Shown: positions 7,428 through 16,197 of the stretch, piece by piece
Numbering within the stretch: position 1 is the first letter of the stretch
Layout of the letters: each line of letters starts with the position of its first letter
Assembly (NCBI GenBank): GCA_020639315.1
Contig: JACKGM010000001.1
Location: 18,511-82,510, forward strand
Direction: 5' to 3'
Origin: Candidatus Nomurabacteria bacterium
GTDB lineage: Bacteria; Patescibacteriota; Saccharimonadia; JAGOAT01
Length of the DNA stretch: 64,000 bases
Notes under the pieces: generated by a model
Seen by the model: the letters and a program-made list of their open reading frames with translations, nothing else
What the model was told of the DNA's origin: nothing
The model's database searches: none
Made by a program: the position numbers and the translations under genes

Positions 7428-9989
7428 ATGACAAAATTATCAAAAATCCCTCGACTAAGCAAACTACTCAAAATAGATAATTACCAACTAGAGCTCAAGA
7501 TAGATAGACCAGATTTGAGCTACTCAGGCAAAGTAATAATTGACGCGATTAGCCTGAGAGAACAGCCCACTATCCAGCTTCACAGTAATGGATTAGAGAT
7601 AGAAGATGTAAGGCTATCTACAGATTATCTTGAGTTAAGATCAACTAGCTTCAATCTAACACCAAGTGAAGATCTGATCCAAGTCACTCATCCAGACAAA
7701 TCCTCAGTCTTTACCAAGCACCAAAATCTTACCCTTGAGATTAGTTTTCGACGCAAGATTTCTGACAGTCTCCATGGAATTTATCCTTGCAGATATAAGA
7801 CCGACCAAGGTCAACCCGACTGGCTACTAGCGACCCAAATGGAGAGTCATTATGCCAGAGAAGTTTTTGTCTGTCTTGATGAGCCAAATGCAAAGGCAAA
7901 ATTTGACCTCACCATTATCCATAGTCCAGATGATACCTGTCTGAGCAATACCCCAATGCTCGAATCTGAATTGATCGACCAAAACTGGCAAAAGACTAGA
8001 TTTGCTCAAACCCCACTAATGTCTACTTACCTACTGGCAATAGTAATTGGTCAGCTAGAATACTTAGAGACCACAGCTGAAAGTGGTGTAAAAATTCGTA
8101 CATATGCTTTGCCAGACAAAGTTAAACAGACTCAATTTGCTCTAAATATTGCGAAAAAAGTGCTTGACATCTATGAGAGATTTTTTGAAATACCTTACCC
8201 ACTGAGCAAGCTAGATATGGTGGCATTGCCAGAATTTGAGGCATGTGCCATGGAAAACTGGGGGCTGATTACCTACCGTGAAGTCTGTTTGATCTATGAT
8301 TCTAGCTCGACCAATGTTTTTATCGAACAATTTATTGTCGAAGTTATTGCTCATGAGATTGCCCATCAATGGTTTGGCAATCTTGTCACCATGGATTGGT
8401 GGGAGGATCTTTGGCTAAATGAAGGATTTGCTAGCTGGATGGCAATCTATGCTGCCGACCAAATTTACCCCGAATGGAATTATTTTGAGCAATTTGTCGG
8501 GCTAGAAAGACGGAGCGCAATCGAACTCGATAGCCTCAAAGACTCTCATCCAATTGAAGTCCAGATAGATCATCCCGAACAAATCAAAACTGCATTCGAC
8601 CAAATCAGCTACGGCAAAGGTGCAAGTATTATTCATATGCTAGTTCATTTTATTGGTCTAGAAACTTTTCGCAAAGGTATAGTACTATACCTAAATCAGT
8701 ATAGTTACAAAAATGCTACCACTAGCCAGCTATGGTCAGCCCTAGAGCAAGTATCCGGCCAACCAATTACAGACTTGATGCCAAATTGGACAGAACAATC
8801 AGGCTTTCCCCTGATATCGATTGAAATCAACCAAACTACAATGACCCTCAAACAAAACCAATTTTCCTATCAACCAAACAGCAATGACCAGACTTGGTCT
8901 ATCCCGCTCAATTTCTCAGACACATCTTATAACCAACTCCTGATTGGTAGACAAACTGAGATAGAGTTATTAAGCCCCTCGGAATTGCCCCCGACCATCA
9001 ACCCTAATCAAGTTGGCTATTATCTAGTAAAATCAGACTCAACCTATCAAGATAGTCTCAAATCCAGACTTCAGGATAATCAACTCAGCAATCTTGATAT
9101 CCAGGCGATAATTCTTGATCACCTAATCCTTAGTATTAGGGGGGATAATAGTATTATTGATATAGTACCTATCCTGGAAAATGTAGCTAATTCATCTACA
9201 AGTTTCCTGGTCTGGTCAGCAATATCTGAGGTGATTAGTGAACTCAGAATAAACTTTTACCCAGATAGATCCCAATTCGCCCCCCTATCAATCTGGGTTC
9301 AAAAATTGATCAAGTTGCCCCTCGACCAGCTAGCTTGGCAGCCCGTCCCCGAAGAGCCAAAAAACCTTGCCCAGCTAAGAACCTTACTGCTTGGACTGGC
9401 CCTTACGTACGATTATCAGCCGATAAAAGATTGGTTGAATCAACTACCTCTCCTAACCCATCCCGACTTAGACCGTCTTTCGCTAAAGGCAAAACTCAAG
9501 GCTCAGCCAGTCGAATTTCAAGCAGAGCTACTAAACATCTACACCCAGGAATCCAACCAACAAAAGACTTCCGACTACATTTCGGCTTTGTCCAGTCAGT
9601 CAGAATTAAATCAATTCGACCAACTCTGGCAATTTGTGATGTCTGACAGTGTGCGCAAACAGGACTTCCGTGCGTGGCTAACCAACCTCGGTAGCAACCT
9701 AAGCTTACAACCTGGCTACCTTGATAAAATGTTTTCTGACTACCCCCAAATCGTTACCAAGCTTGATGGCAAAGAGCCAATTGCCAGGATTTTTGATAGT
9801 ATTGCTAGGTTTTTTGCCAACCCCAAATCCTACAAATTATTCAAAAATTTTACCGACCAAGATAATCCTGCTATTCAAAGAAGCTATGACCAACTGATTG
9901 AGATGATTGAGCTAAGGTTGGAATTTCAAAAGCGTGAACGAGCCAGAGTGCTAGACTACTTAAATCAGCATGGACATCCCAATGAATAA
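7428..9989 (+). CDS. pepN: Aminopeptidase N (M1 family zinc metallopeptidase)
   Basis: 853 aa with a GAMEN-type motif (EACAMENWG) and the zinc site HEIAHQWFGNLVTMDWWEDLWLNEGFA. Confidence 0.92.
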   Translation: MTKLSKIPRLSKLLKIDNYQLELKIDRPDLSYSGKVIIDAISLREQPTIQLHSNGLEIEDVRLSTDYLELRSTSFNLTPSEDLIQVTHPDKSSVFTKHQNLTLEISFRRKISDSLHGIYPCRYKTDQGQPDWLLATQMESHYAREVFVCLDEPNAKAKFDLTIIHSPDDTCLSNTPMLESELIDQNWQKTRFAQTPLMSTYLLAIVIGQLEYLETTAESGVKIRTYALPDKVKQTQFALNIAKKVLDIYERFFEIPYPLSKLDMVALPEFEACAMENWGLITYREVCLIYDSSSTNVFIEQFIVEVIAHEIAHQWFGNLVTMDWWEDLWLNEGFASWMAIYAADQIYPEWNYFEQFVGLERRSAIELDSLKDSHPIEVQIDHPEQIKTAFDQISYGKGASIIHMLVHFIGLETFRKGIVLYLNQYSYKNATTSQLWSALEQVSGQPITDLMPNWTEQSGFPLISIEINQTTMTLKQNQFSYQPNSNDQTWSIPLNFSDTSYNQLLIGRQTEIELLSPSELPPTINPNQVGYYLVKSDSTYQDSLKSRLQDNQLSNLDIQAIILDHLILSIRGDNSIIDIVPILENVANSSTSFLVWSAISEVISELRINFYPDRSQFAPLSIWVQKLIKLPLDQLAWQPVPEEPKNLAQLRTLLLGLALTYDYQPIKDWLNQLPLLTHPDLDRLSLKAKLKAQPVEFQAELLNIYTQESNQQKTSDYISALSSQSELNQFDQLWQFVMSDSVRKQDFRAWLTNLGSNLSLQPGYLDKMFSDYPQIVTKLDGKEPIARIFDSIARFFANPKSYKLFKNFTDQDNPAIQRSYDQLIEMIELRLEFQKRERARVLDYLNQHGHPNE

Positions 9990-11292
9990 CTCCAATACCC
10001 CTTCCCTAGCTCGATCTACCCTCTTGGTGGTAATTTTAGCTTCTATTTTACCCTTTGGTCTTTTGATGGAAGGTACACTTGACTCAGGTCTTAGCTTTGC
10101 CGGATTAATGCTCAAGATCAGCTCAGTATCTGGGTTGATCGCCGGGGTATTATTGTTTTGGCAAATGCTGATTGGTAATCGGTTTTTTAGTATCCTAGTC
10201 ACAGATGACATCCTCTGGGTCAATCGAATTCATCGGCTAATCGGTAAGTATGGTGCAAGCTTTGCCTTAATCCATCCGATTGCAGTCACACTTGCTTATG
10301 GCAAGTCTCTAGCCTGGATAGTATTACCTGACCTGCCACTCAGCATAAATGATCCTTACCAACGGGCTTTGGCATTTGGTCGGATTGGACTTGCCCTGCT
10401 ACTAATTATCTGGTTATCAAGTGTCGCTCTTCGTTCGGCAATCAAATATCGTCCTTGGCTCTACTTGCACTATCTATCCTACCCAATGTTGGCCCTGATC
10501 CTGCTTCATGCCAAGGAGATCGGTAGCAGTATTGCGGTCTACCCAGTGCTTGAAGCAGCTTGGATCACTCTGATGATCTTATCGGTACTACTATTACTGG
10601 CTAGGATTTACCAGTCTACTAGTCTAGACAAAATACCTTATACAGTTGTTAAGACCCAAGCATCTGGAGATATTGTAGTATTGACATTAAAACCTCAAAA
10701 GCCTAACCGGCCTATCACCCCCAGCATTGGTCAGTATTGCTATATCCAATCTGGTAAATTTGCTAATTCCCATCCCTATAGTGTTCTCCATTATCAGGCA
10801 GATAATGGGCTACTTTATTTTGCCGTCAAGCAGATTGGCAAACAATCAGTAGCGCTTAATAACCTAAAGCTAGAATCCACACTCTATCTAGATGGTCCCT
10901 ATGGTAGCTTCCTGACCAGACTCGATAGCTCTATTCCCACCATTTCAATTGTCGGTTCAGTTGGAATCGCGCCATTGTTTGATCACGTTTTAAGCAACCC
11001 ATCTAACAATTATTTAATTTATTGCGGGATGCGCCAATCAGATTTGATTTTTGCCAATAAGCTTAAATCCAAACTTGGTAGTCACTACCAGCAAATTATT
11101 TCTGATGGGACTGATCCTTACAAAATTACCCCTGAGAAGATTGAGGATTTTTTAAGTAATCAAGGCTTAACAGTACCAGCAGTTCAGTTTTTGATTTGTG
11201 GTAGTCCAGGATTCAACCGTGGGATCAAGCAGATGGTTTGTCAGCTTGGCGCTAGTGAGGCTCAAATCCGAATCGAGGACTTCGGTCTATAA
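9970..11292 (+). CDS. NOX/ferric-reductase-like bis-haem transmembrane flavoprotein (FRD domain + FAD + NAD(P)H domains)
   Basis: 440 aa. Two TM His pairs show the NOX-type spacing (IHRLIGKYGASFALIH = 13 between; LHYLSYPMLALILLH = 12 between). It also has the FAD motif HPYSV, plus GPYG, GSVGIAPL and a C-terminal CGSPGF. Confidence 0.8.
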   Translation: MDIPMNNSNTPSLARSTLLVVILASILPFGLLMEGTLDSGLSFAGLMLKISSVSGLIAGVLLFWQMLIGNRFFSILVTDDILWVNRIHRLIGKYGASFALIHPIAVTLAYGKSLAWIVLPDLPLSINDPYQRALAFGRIGLALLLIIWLSSVALRSAIKYRPWLYLHYLSYPMLALILLHAKEIGSSIAVYPVLEAAWITLMILSVLLLLARIYQSTSLDKIPYTVVKTQASGDIVVLTLKPQKPNRPITPSIGQYCYIQSGKFANSHPYSVLHYQADNGLLYFAVKQIGKQSVALNNLKLESTLYLDGPYGSFLTRLDSSIPTISIVGSVGIAPLFDHVLSNPSNNYLIYCGMRQSDLIFANKLKSKLGSHYQQIISDGTDPYKITPEKIEDFLSNQGLTVPAVQFLICGSPGFNRGIKQMVCQLGASEAQIRIEDFGL

Positions 11293-11301
11293 GCACCCAC
11301 T

Positions 11302-11565
11302 GTCATCCTCCGAAACCCGCCCCTTGTCTTGTCATCCTCCGAAGCTCGGAGAGCTTACGGGGGATCTAGCATTTTGCATTTCCTATGACCAATTCAAATA
11401 CTGGATCTCCGGTATTACCCTTCGGGTAATCCGAAGATGACAGAGGAGAGAATTGTCATCCTCCGAAACCCGGAGGGTTTACGGGGGATCCAGTATTTCT
11501 GCATTGTGCGCCGTCATCCTCAAAGTCTAGCGACCTTCATCTGGAGCTAGACTTTGGGGATCCAG
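11302..11565. repeat. Family-A hairpin repeat cluster (5 units, both orientations) between convergent genes
   Basis: Units present: GTCATCCTCCGAAGCTCGGAGAGCTTACGGGGGATCTAG; rc GTCATCTTCGGATTACCCGAAGGGTAATACCGGAGATCCAGTATTTGAAT; GTCATCCTCCGAAACCCGGAGGGTTTACGGGGGATCCAGTATT; GTCATCCTCAAAGTCTAGC...GCTAGACTTTGGGGATCCAG. Confidence 0.92.
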
Positions 11566-11628
11566 AACTCAGAATGATGAATTGAGTTCATCCAGTTTCG
11601 TTTGCGTTTGTTATTTGTAACAGAGTTA

Positions 11629-12519
11629 CTAAAGCTCATCGAATAAACTATTTCTAGGATATCTAGTCTGATAATCTTGATCAATGACTAGATAATCCAA
11701 ATCAAATTTTTTAGATAATTCTAGTTGTTCTTTACCTGAGATCATGGTGAAAGTAGTAGCAAATATATCAGATTCCAATGCAGTTTTAGCAATCACCATA
11801 CTCGCTAGCTTGATTTCTCCATTATTGCCTAAGAGGTGATTATAGACCTCACCGGTCTTGAGCTTCCATTTGCGCTTGGCGGGAGACGAACAAGCAAGGG
11901 CCTGCCGGGACAATGCCACTTCTCCTAGAAAACTATTCTGCTTCCAAGGATCTTCCAGAGCAAGCTTAATCAAGTCACCCCCAAGATCTCCGACTAATAT
12001 ATCTCCCCCTCCATTGATCAGATATTGATTAATATGGTATTCTTCTTCCAAAATCCTAGCTAGCTTATCGATTAGATAGCCCTTGCCAAAACCCCCGAAG
12101 TCCAAGTGTCTGTCCCCGGCAAGCGTCACACCCGACCGATCAAGCCGCACAATCTGATCCAGCCTACTATCTAGATCCTTGGTAGGAGTCTTAGTAAGAC
12201 CATAACCCTGATCAATCAATCTGTGGACTTGACTAATATCAAAAATCCTAAAAGTCACTTGATAATATTGTAGTGCTATTTTCAACATCTCTTCCAATTC
12301 TAGATTTGGCTCTGTCCTTCGATTTTGATTGAGTTTGCTTAGGATTGAGTCTGGCTTAAATCTAGAATAATCGTCGTCAAACTGATCTATAGTATAAGTT
12401 ATTTGTTCTTTAAGGGATTGCCAGTCAGTGACTTGTTCAAAAATCTCCAGACGCCAAATAGTACCCAGTCCCCTATGGGTTAGTTGGTACCGAGTAGTAA
12501 GGTTAGTTTGCTCTGCCAA
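11629..12519 (-). CDS. apbE: FAD:protein FMN transferase (ApbE family)
   Basis: 296 aa with the ApbE hallmark DFGGFGKGYLIDKL and ...INGGGDILV. Confidence 0.85.
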   Translation of the reverse strand: MAEQTNLTTRYQLTHRGLGTIWRLEIFEQVTDWQSLKEQITYTIDQFDDDYSRFKPDSILSKLNQNRRTEPNLELEEMLKIALQYYQVTFRIFDISQVHRLIDQGYGLTKTPTKDLDSRLDQIVRLDRSGVTLAGDRHLDFGGFGKGYLIDKLARILEEEYHINQYLINGGGDILVGDLGGDLIKLALEDPWKQNSFLGEVALSRQALACSSPAKRKWKLKTGEVYNHLLGNNGEIKLASMVIAKTALESDIFATTFTMISGKEQLELSKKFDLDYLVIDQDYQTRYPRNSLFDEL

Positions 12520-12537
12520 ACTTACTCTCTAGGCTTC

Positions 12538-13077
12538 TTATTGAGCTTCTGTAGCTATATCCTGCAAAGCGAGACTGAAGGCATCAGTAGTCAGGCTAGC
12601 CCCGGCTACTCGACTCAGGCTAATCTGGTCTAGGCTCTTACCAACTACCTTACTAGAGATCTGAGATTCAAACCTCGATAGATACTGACTAGATTCATGA
12701 TCTGAAGCCTGATAAGTCAAATCCATGCTTTCTACTATGTCTTGACTCAGGGTTAACTCCAGTGCTAGGCTAGCCGTGCCTCCTGGTACTCTATATGTCT
12801 GACTAGATTGATAAGTACCGTCTTGATAGGTATTACTAGCCTGAGTATTACTACTGCTATCTGAGCTAGAGCTAGACGAGTCAGTGGTCGCAGACTCTGA
12901 CTGAGTGCTGGTGCCTGAATCAGTCTCATCACTACTCCGATCGATTGAGGTACTAACTGTCTGCTGACTACTACTTATACTATCATCCTGATCACTAATC
13001 AAGGTAATATATACGATTACAAACAAGCCTACACTAACTCCTGCTATTGCTAAGATCTTTACTAAACGATTGTTCAT
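12538..13077 (-). CDS. Membrane-anchored FMN-binding domain protein (predicted ApbE substrate)
   Basis: 179 aa with an N-terminal TM helix, a long Ser/Thr-rich linker and a C-terminal FMN_bind-like domain. The flavinylation-type motif is SRVAGASLTT. GGAG lies 6 nt upstream of the ATG. Confidence 0.7.
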   Translation of the reverse strand: MNNRLVKILAIAGVSVGLFVIVYITLISDQDDSISSSQQTVSTSIDRSSDETDSGTSTQSESATTDSSSSSSDSSSNTQASNTYQDGTYQSSQTYRVPGGTASLALELTLSQDIVESMDLTYQASDHESSQYLSRFESQISSKVVGKSLDQISLSRVAGASLTTDAFSLALQDIATEAQ

Positions 13078-13156
13078 ATTGTCTCCATTGTATTAATATC
13101 TATCCCCATCATTTAGATTTTAATCCAAGCTTAAGTAATTTGCAATCCGCGATACT

Positions 13157-13320
13157 TATAGCAAGTTAAAAACAAAACCAGACTTTTGACCCAACTATAG
13201 AGTCTATAAAGCTAGTTTTCTTACTCACCATATCTATGGATATGGCTCTTAAGAAGAACTAACTTTCTAGTTCTCTATAGTACAGCTCAAATTGTCCGGT
13301 TTTGTTTTGAGCTTGCTATA
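13157..13320 (+). mobile_element. MITE family B, full copy (164 bp foldback)
   Basis: Termini are TATAGCAAGTTAAAAACAAAACCAGAC...CCGGTTTTGTTTTGAGCTTGCTATA. The whole element is an imperfect palindrome centred on CCATATCTATGGATATGG. Confidence 0.9.
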
Positions 13321-13350
13321 CCCTGGGTGGAACCTGACTAATTTATAGTC

Positions 13351-14217
13351 CTAGACAGCCAGATCGAATTGGTATGGTTCACCATTGACGTCGACTATCT
13401 CACTATCTCCAATCTCACCTTCGCTCAGAACTGCCAATGTCGCCCTGAATAAGTCGATCAAAATACTCTTGGCAATTTTGAGTTGATCTTGGTTGTATCC
13501 TAGTCTTTCTCGATACAGATTGAGCACACTGCCGAGGTCCAAAACGAAGTGCGTATCATCACCCATCTCTGCTCTGTCAGCATATAGCTCGGGATTATCA
13601 ATAATCAGACCTTTGGTAGCAGTATGCTCCCCTTTTAGTGTCCTGAGCTTTACTCCACTATCGGCCTTGACAGTAAACCTTTCCACTAACTCACCTGGCT
13701 GATAACCTTCCAGGTCTATCTGAGTCAAATTAAACCCCTTGGTGTATCTACCTGCTTCTGGATTTGACTTGTAGTTAATTAGAATATCGTTTAATCTAGC
13801 TAAAAAACCACATCCTAGGTACTGACTCTCACCCTTGGTATCTTGGTGTAAACAAAAGTCCAAATCTTTAACGGTGCCCTGACTACTACTAAATCTATCT
13901 AGGAATTGTCCCACTATTTCCATAGGGCTACAAACCGCAAACACATATTCTTGACCATCTTTACCAGATCTGCCGACTGCCCGCCGGTCGTACAGATCAG
14001 AGTTGATCATATAGTCAACCAAGGCAAACCCAGCAAGCCCCCCAGGTACACTGGCTAGCACCCCCTCTAGCTCTTTCCTGCCGAGCCTCTCGTCTACACA
14101 GCCTATAGCCCGCTTTGCATCTGGCCCAACTTCTTTGATAAAACTAAGCCTTGGCTTTTCTAGTTCAGCAGGACTCACCCCCCCCTCAGGATAAACTTCT
14201 TCATTATTAATCATCAC
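13351..14217 (-). CDS. Hypothetical protein
   Basis: Long ORF (track 13351..14235 begins with TTG). GGGAG precedes the GTG/ATG at 14217/14214, so the start is uncertain. No family recognised. Confidence 0.6.
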   Translation of the reverse strand: MMINNEEVYPEGGVSPAELEKPRLSFIKEVGPDAKRAIGCVDERLGRKELEGVLASVPGGLAGFALVDYMINSDLYDRRAVGRSGKDGQEYVFAVCSPMEIVGQFLDRFSSSQGTVKDLDFCLHQDTKGESQYLGCGFLARLNDILINYKSNPEAGRYTKGFNLTQIDLEGYQPGELVERFTVKADSGVKLRTLKGEHTATKGLIIDNPELYADRAEMGDDTHFVLDLGSVLNLYRERLGYNQDQLKIAKSILIDLFRATLAVLSEGEIGDSEIVDVNGEPYQFDLAV

Positions 14218-14312
14218 TAAACTTTCTCCCTTCAAATATTATATTCCAACCAGATATTTTAGCAGATCTGTTTCAATATATCAATAAAAAATTTACCCCC
14301 AGTTACCCCCTT

Positions 14313-14475
14313 AGACTTGTTCCCCAATAAGGTTTTCGGACCCAAACCGCCTATTTTGGACTATAATAATCTTTTCACTTCATCACCTTAACTCTGTTAG
14401 GGCTCTTTACGAAAAGACTATTCTAGTCTCAAACTAGGCAATCTTGGTCTCAAAAATTATTGGGGAAACAAGTCT
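14313..14475. mobile_element. MITE family H (163 bp), single copy in window
   Basis: Perfect 18-bp TIR AGACTTGTTCCCCAATAA / TTATTGGGGAAACAAGTCT. Confidence 0.75.
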
Positions 14476-14557
14476 TTTGTCATCCGCCCTTTGACTGAAG
14501 GAAAAGTCGATAATCCAGATTTCTTGAACACATTGCGTTATTTACTTTTGTTTTATT

Positions 14558-14718
14558 AACCCTGTTGCCATATAACCTCACGGCTTCAAAACTGCCATTT
14601 TTGCTCCAGACTAGCAAAACACTTCGCAGCGTAACTCCTGTTATGCTTTGTCGTGTTTTGGTATTCTGGAATAAAAATCATCAGCTTTGAACTCGCAAGT
14701 TTATATGGCAACAGGGTT
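14558..14718 (+). mobile_element. MITE family F (161-bp core, ATT on both flanks)
   Basis: Perfect 18-bp TIR AACCCTGTTGCCATATAA / TTATATGGCAACAGGGTT. It is 159/161 identical to the copy at 35363-35523. Confidence 0.92.
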
Positions 14719-14756
14719 ATTGTTAGTTTTCTTGAGTATCTGAAGGCGTAAAAGTG

Positions 14757-14803
14757 CGAGATCCTGGATCCCCCGTAAGTTCTTCGAACTTGGGAGGATG
14801 ACA
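14757..14803 (-). repeat. Family-A unit
   Basis: The rc reads GTCATCCTCCCAAGTTCGAAGAACTTACGGGGGATCCAGGATCTCGC. Confidence 0.85.
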
Positions 14804-14806
14804 GGA

Positions 14807-14845
14807 GTTGGGTCAAAAGTCTGGTTTTGTTTTTAACTTGCTATA
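14807..14845 (-). mobile_element. MITE family B, terminal fragment
   Basis: GTTGGGTCAAAAGTCTGGTTTTGTTTTTAACTTGCTATA. Confidence 0.8.
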
Positions 14846-14866
14846 TATACTCATAATTTGTTACTT

Positions 14867-14926
14867 CGGGGTCAGACCCCGTCAATTTATATCTGTTAAG
14901 GATGCCAACTTCGGGGTCAGACCCCG
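14867..14926 (-). repeat. Twin-palindrome module, type C
   Basis: CGGGGTCAGACCCCG at 14867-14881 and 14912-14926 (45-bp period). The core TTTATATCTGTT lies between them. Confidence 0.9.
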
Positions 14927-14962
14927 AATAATAGATACCAAAAAAATGAGGGGTCGTGCTTA

Positions 14963-14971
14963 TGGTAAAAT
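14963..14971 (+). promoter_or_regulatory. Extended -10 (TGGTAAAAT) 7 nt before ATG 14979
   Basis: TGGTAAAAT-ATGAAAT-ATG. Confidence 0.5.
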
Positions 14972-14978
14972 ATGAAAT

Positions 14979-15296
14979 ATGGACAATTATAAGGATCTTC
15001 AAAGCAGGAAGAACGATAAAGATATTTGGTTTAAGCGTCGTCGATATGGATATGGATGGATACCAGTAACACGAGAGGGATGGATAGTAGTAGTCATATT
15101 CTTGGTCGCAGTTATTTCAGGAGCCTTCTTGATCGGGGATCAGCCCGACAACGAGCTAACCCCGGCCGTAGTCGCCTACCTTGCTACTGTAGCATTCGGT
15201 GCTATCATTTTGATCTGGATCTCTTACAAGAAAGGACCCAGACCAAAATGGCGCTGGGGCAAGAACCCTGATGATCACCCAGAAGAAGACTGGTAG
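14979..15296 (+). CDS. Small membrane protein
   Basis: 105 aa with two hydrophobic helices (WIVVVIFLVAVISGAFLI, VVAYLATVAFGAIILIWI). TGGTAAAAT at 14963-14971 lies 7 nt before the ATG. Confidence 0.6.
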   Translation: MDNYKDLQSRKNDKDIWFKRRRYGYGWIPVTREGWIVVVIFLVAVISGAFLIGDQPDNELTPAVVAYLATVAFGAIILIWISYKKGPRPKWRWGKNPDDHPEEDW

Positions 15297-15303
15297 AATC
15301 ATC

Positions 15304-15942
15304 ATGAGTACTACCAGCCAACCCAAATTTGCTATCTATGACTTGATCCTTGCTGTCTTTGCTGTCCTATTCTTGATCTCAAATCTATCTGCTACCAAAC
15401 TAGTATCATTTGGCCCAATTATTACTGATGGAGGAGCAGTCCTCTTCCCTCTTACCTATATCCTAGGGGATGTCTTGACTGAGGTCTATGGTTATAAATA
15501 TGCCAAAAAAGCGATCTGGGTAGGGTTCGGAGTAATGCTATTAGGGGTGGTAGCATTTACAATAGTCAGATACTTGCCAGCGGCTCCTGAATATACTGAT
15601 CAGCAAGCCTTTGAAACCATCCTAGGGTTTTTCCCTAGAATCGTCTTTGCTAGCCTTTCAGCCTTCCTGGTAGGATCTTTGCTCAACTCAATCAGCCTGC
15701 TCAAGATTAGATCGGCCACTGATGGCAAGGCTCTCTGGGCTAGACTAATTGGATCCACCTTGATCGGTGAATTCTTCGATACATTGATCTTTGGAGTTGT
15801 AGCATTCACTGGAATCCTTAGTAGCTATGACCTATTTAAGTTCATTCTGATCGGGTGGGCTTTCAAGACTGGTACAGAAATACTGCTTTTACCAGTGACA
15901 TATCGAGTAATTGATTGGGTCAAACGAGTTGAGATACAGTAG
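15304..15942 (+). CDS. yhhQ: Queuosine-precursor transporter (YhhQ/DUF165 family)
   Basis: Multi-TM protein with the family-typical VLFPLTYILGDVLTEVYGYKYAKK segment. Start placed at MSTTSQPKF (ATG 15304). Confidence 0.75.
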   Translation: MSTTSQPKFAIYDLILAVFAVLFLISNLSATKLVSFGPIITDGGAVLFPLTYILGDVLTEVYGYKYAKKAIWVGFGVMLLGVVAFTIVRYLPAAPEYTDQQAFETILGFFPRIVFASLSAFLVGSLLNSISLLKIRSATDGKALWARLIGSTLIGEFFDTLIFGVVAFTGILSSYDLFKFILIGWAFKTGTEILLLPVTYRVIDWVKRVEIQ

Positions 15943-16197
15943 ACTGTATTTGTCCAATCATAAAGTTGTAATCAACAAAAATAATTTTAAGTGCCCCTAT
16001 ATCCTTGTTATCAACACTGTCAACCTGACAGAATAAACATATAACAAGCTAAAAACAAAATCAGCATTCTAATCACTGCCAATGAGCAAATATTAATCGA
16101 CAGAGATATCTAACCGTATTAACAGATATTGTATTTGATACAGCTTTCAGAATTAATTTTATACAAGCGTTAAAGTAATGTATAATACGCAGTTAAT

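Noticed and set aside
13351-14235. Beta-carbonic-anhydrase-like CxDxR motif (GCVDERL) in the 294-aa orphan
   Set aside because: The partner HxxC zinc motif is not present at the expected distance, and nothing else in the sequence resembles the family. The gene is left as hypothetical.
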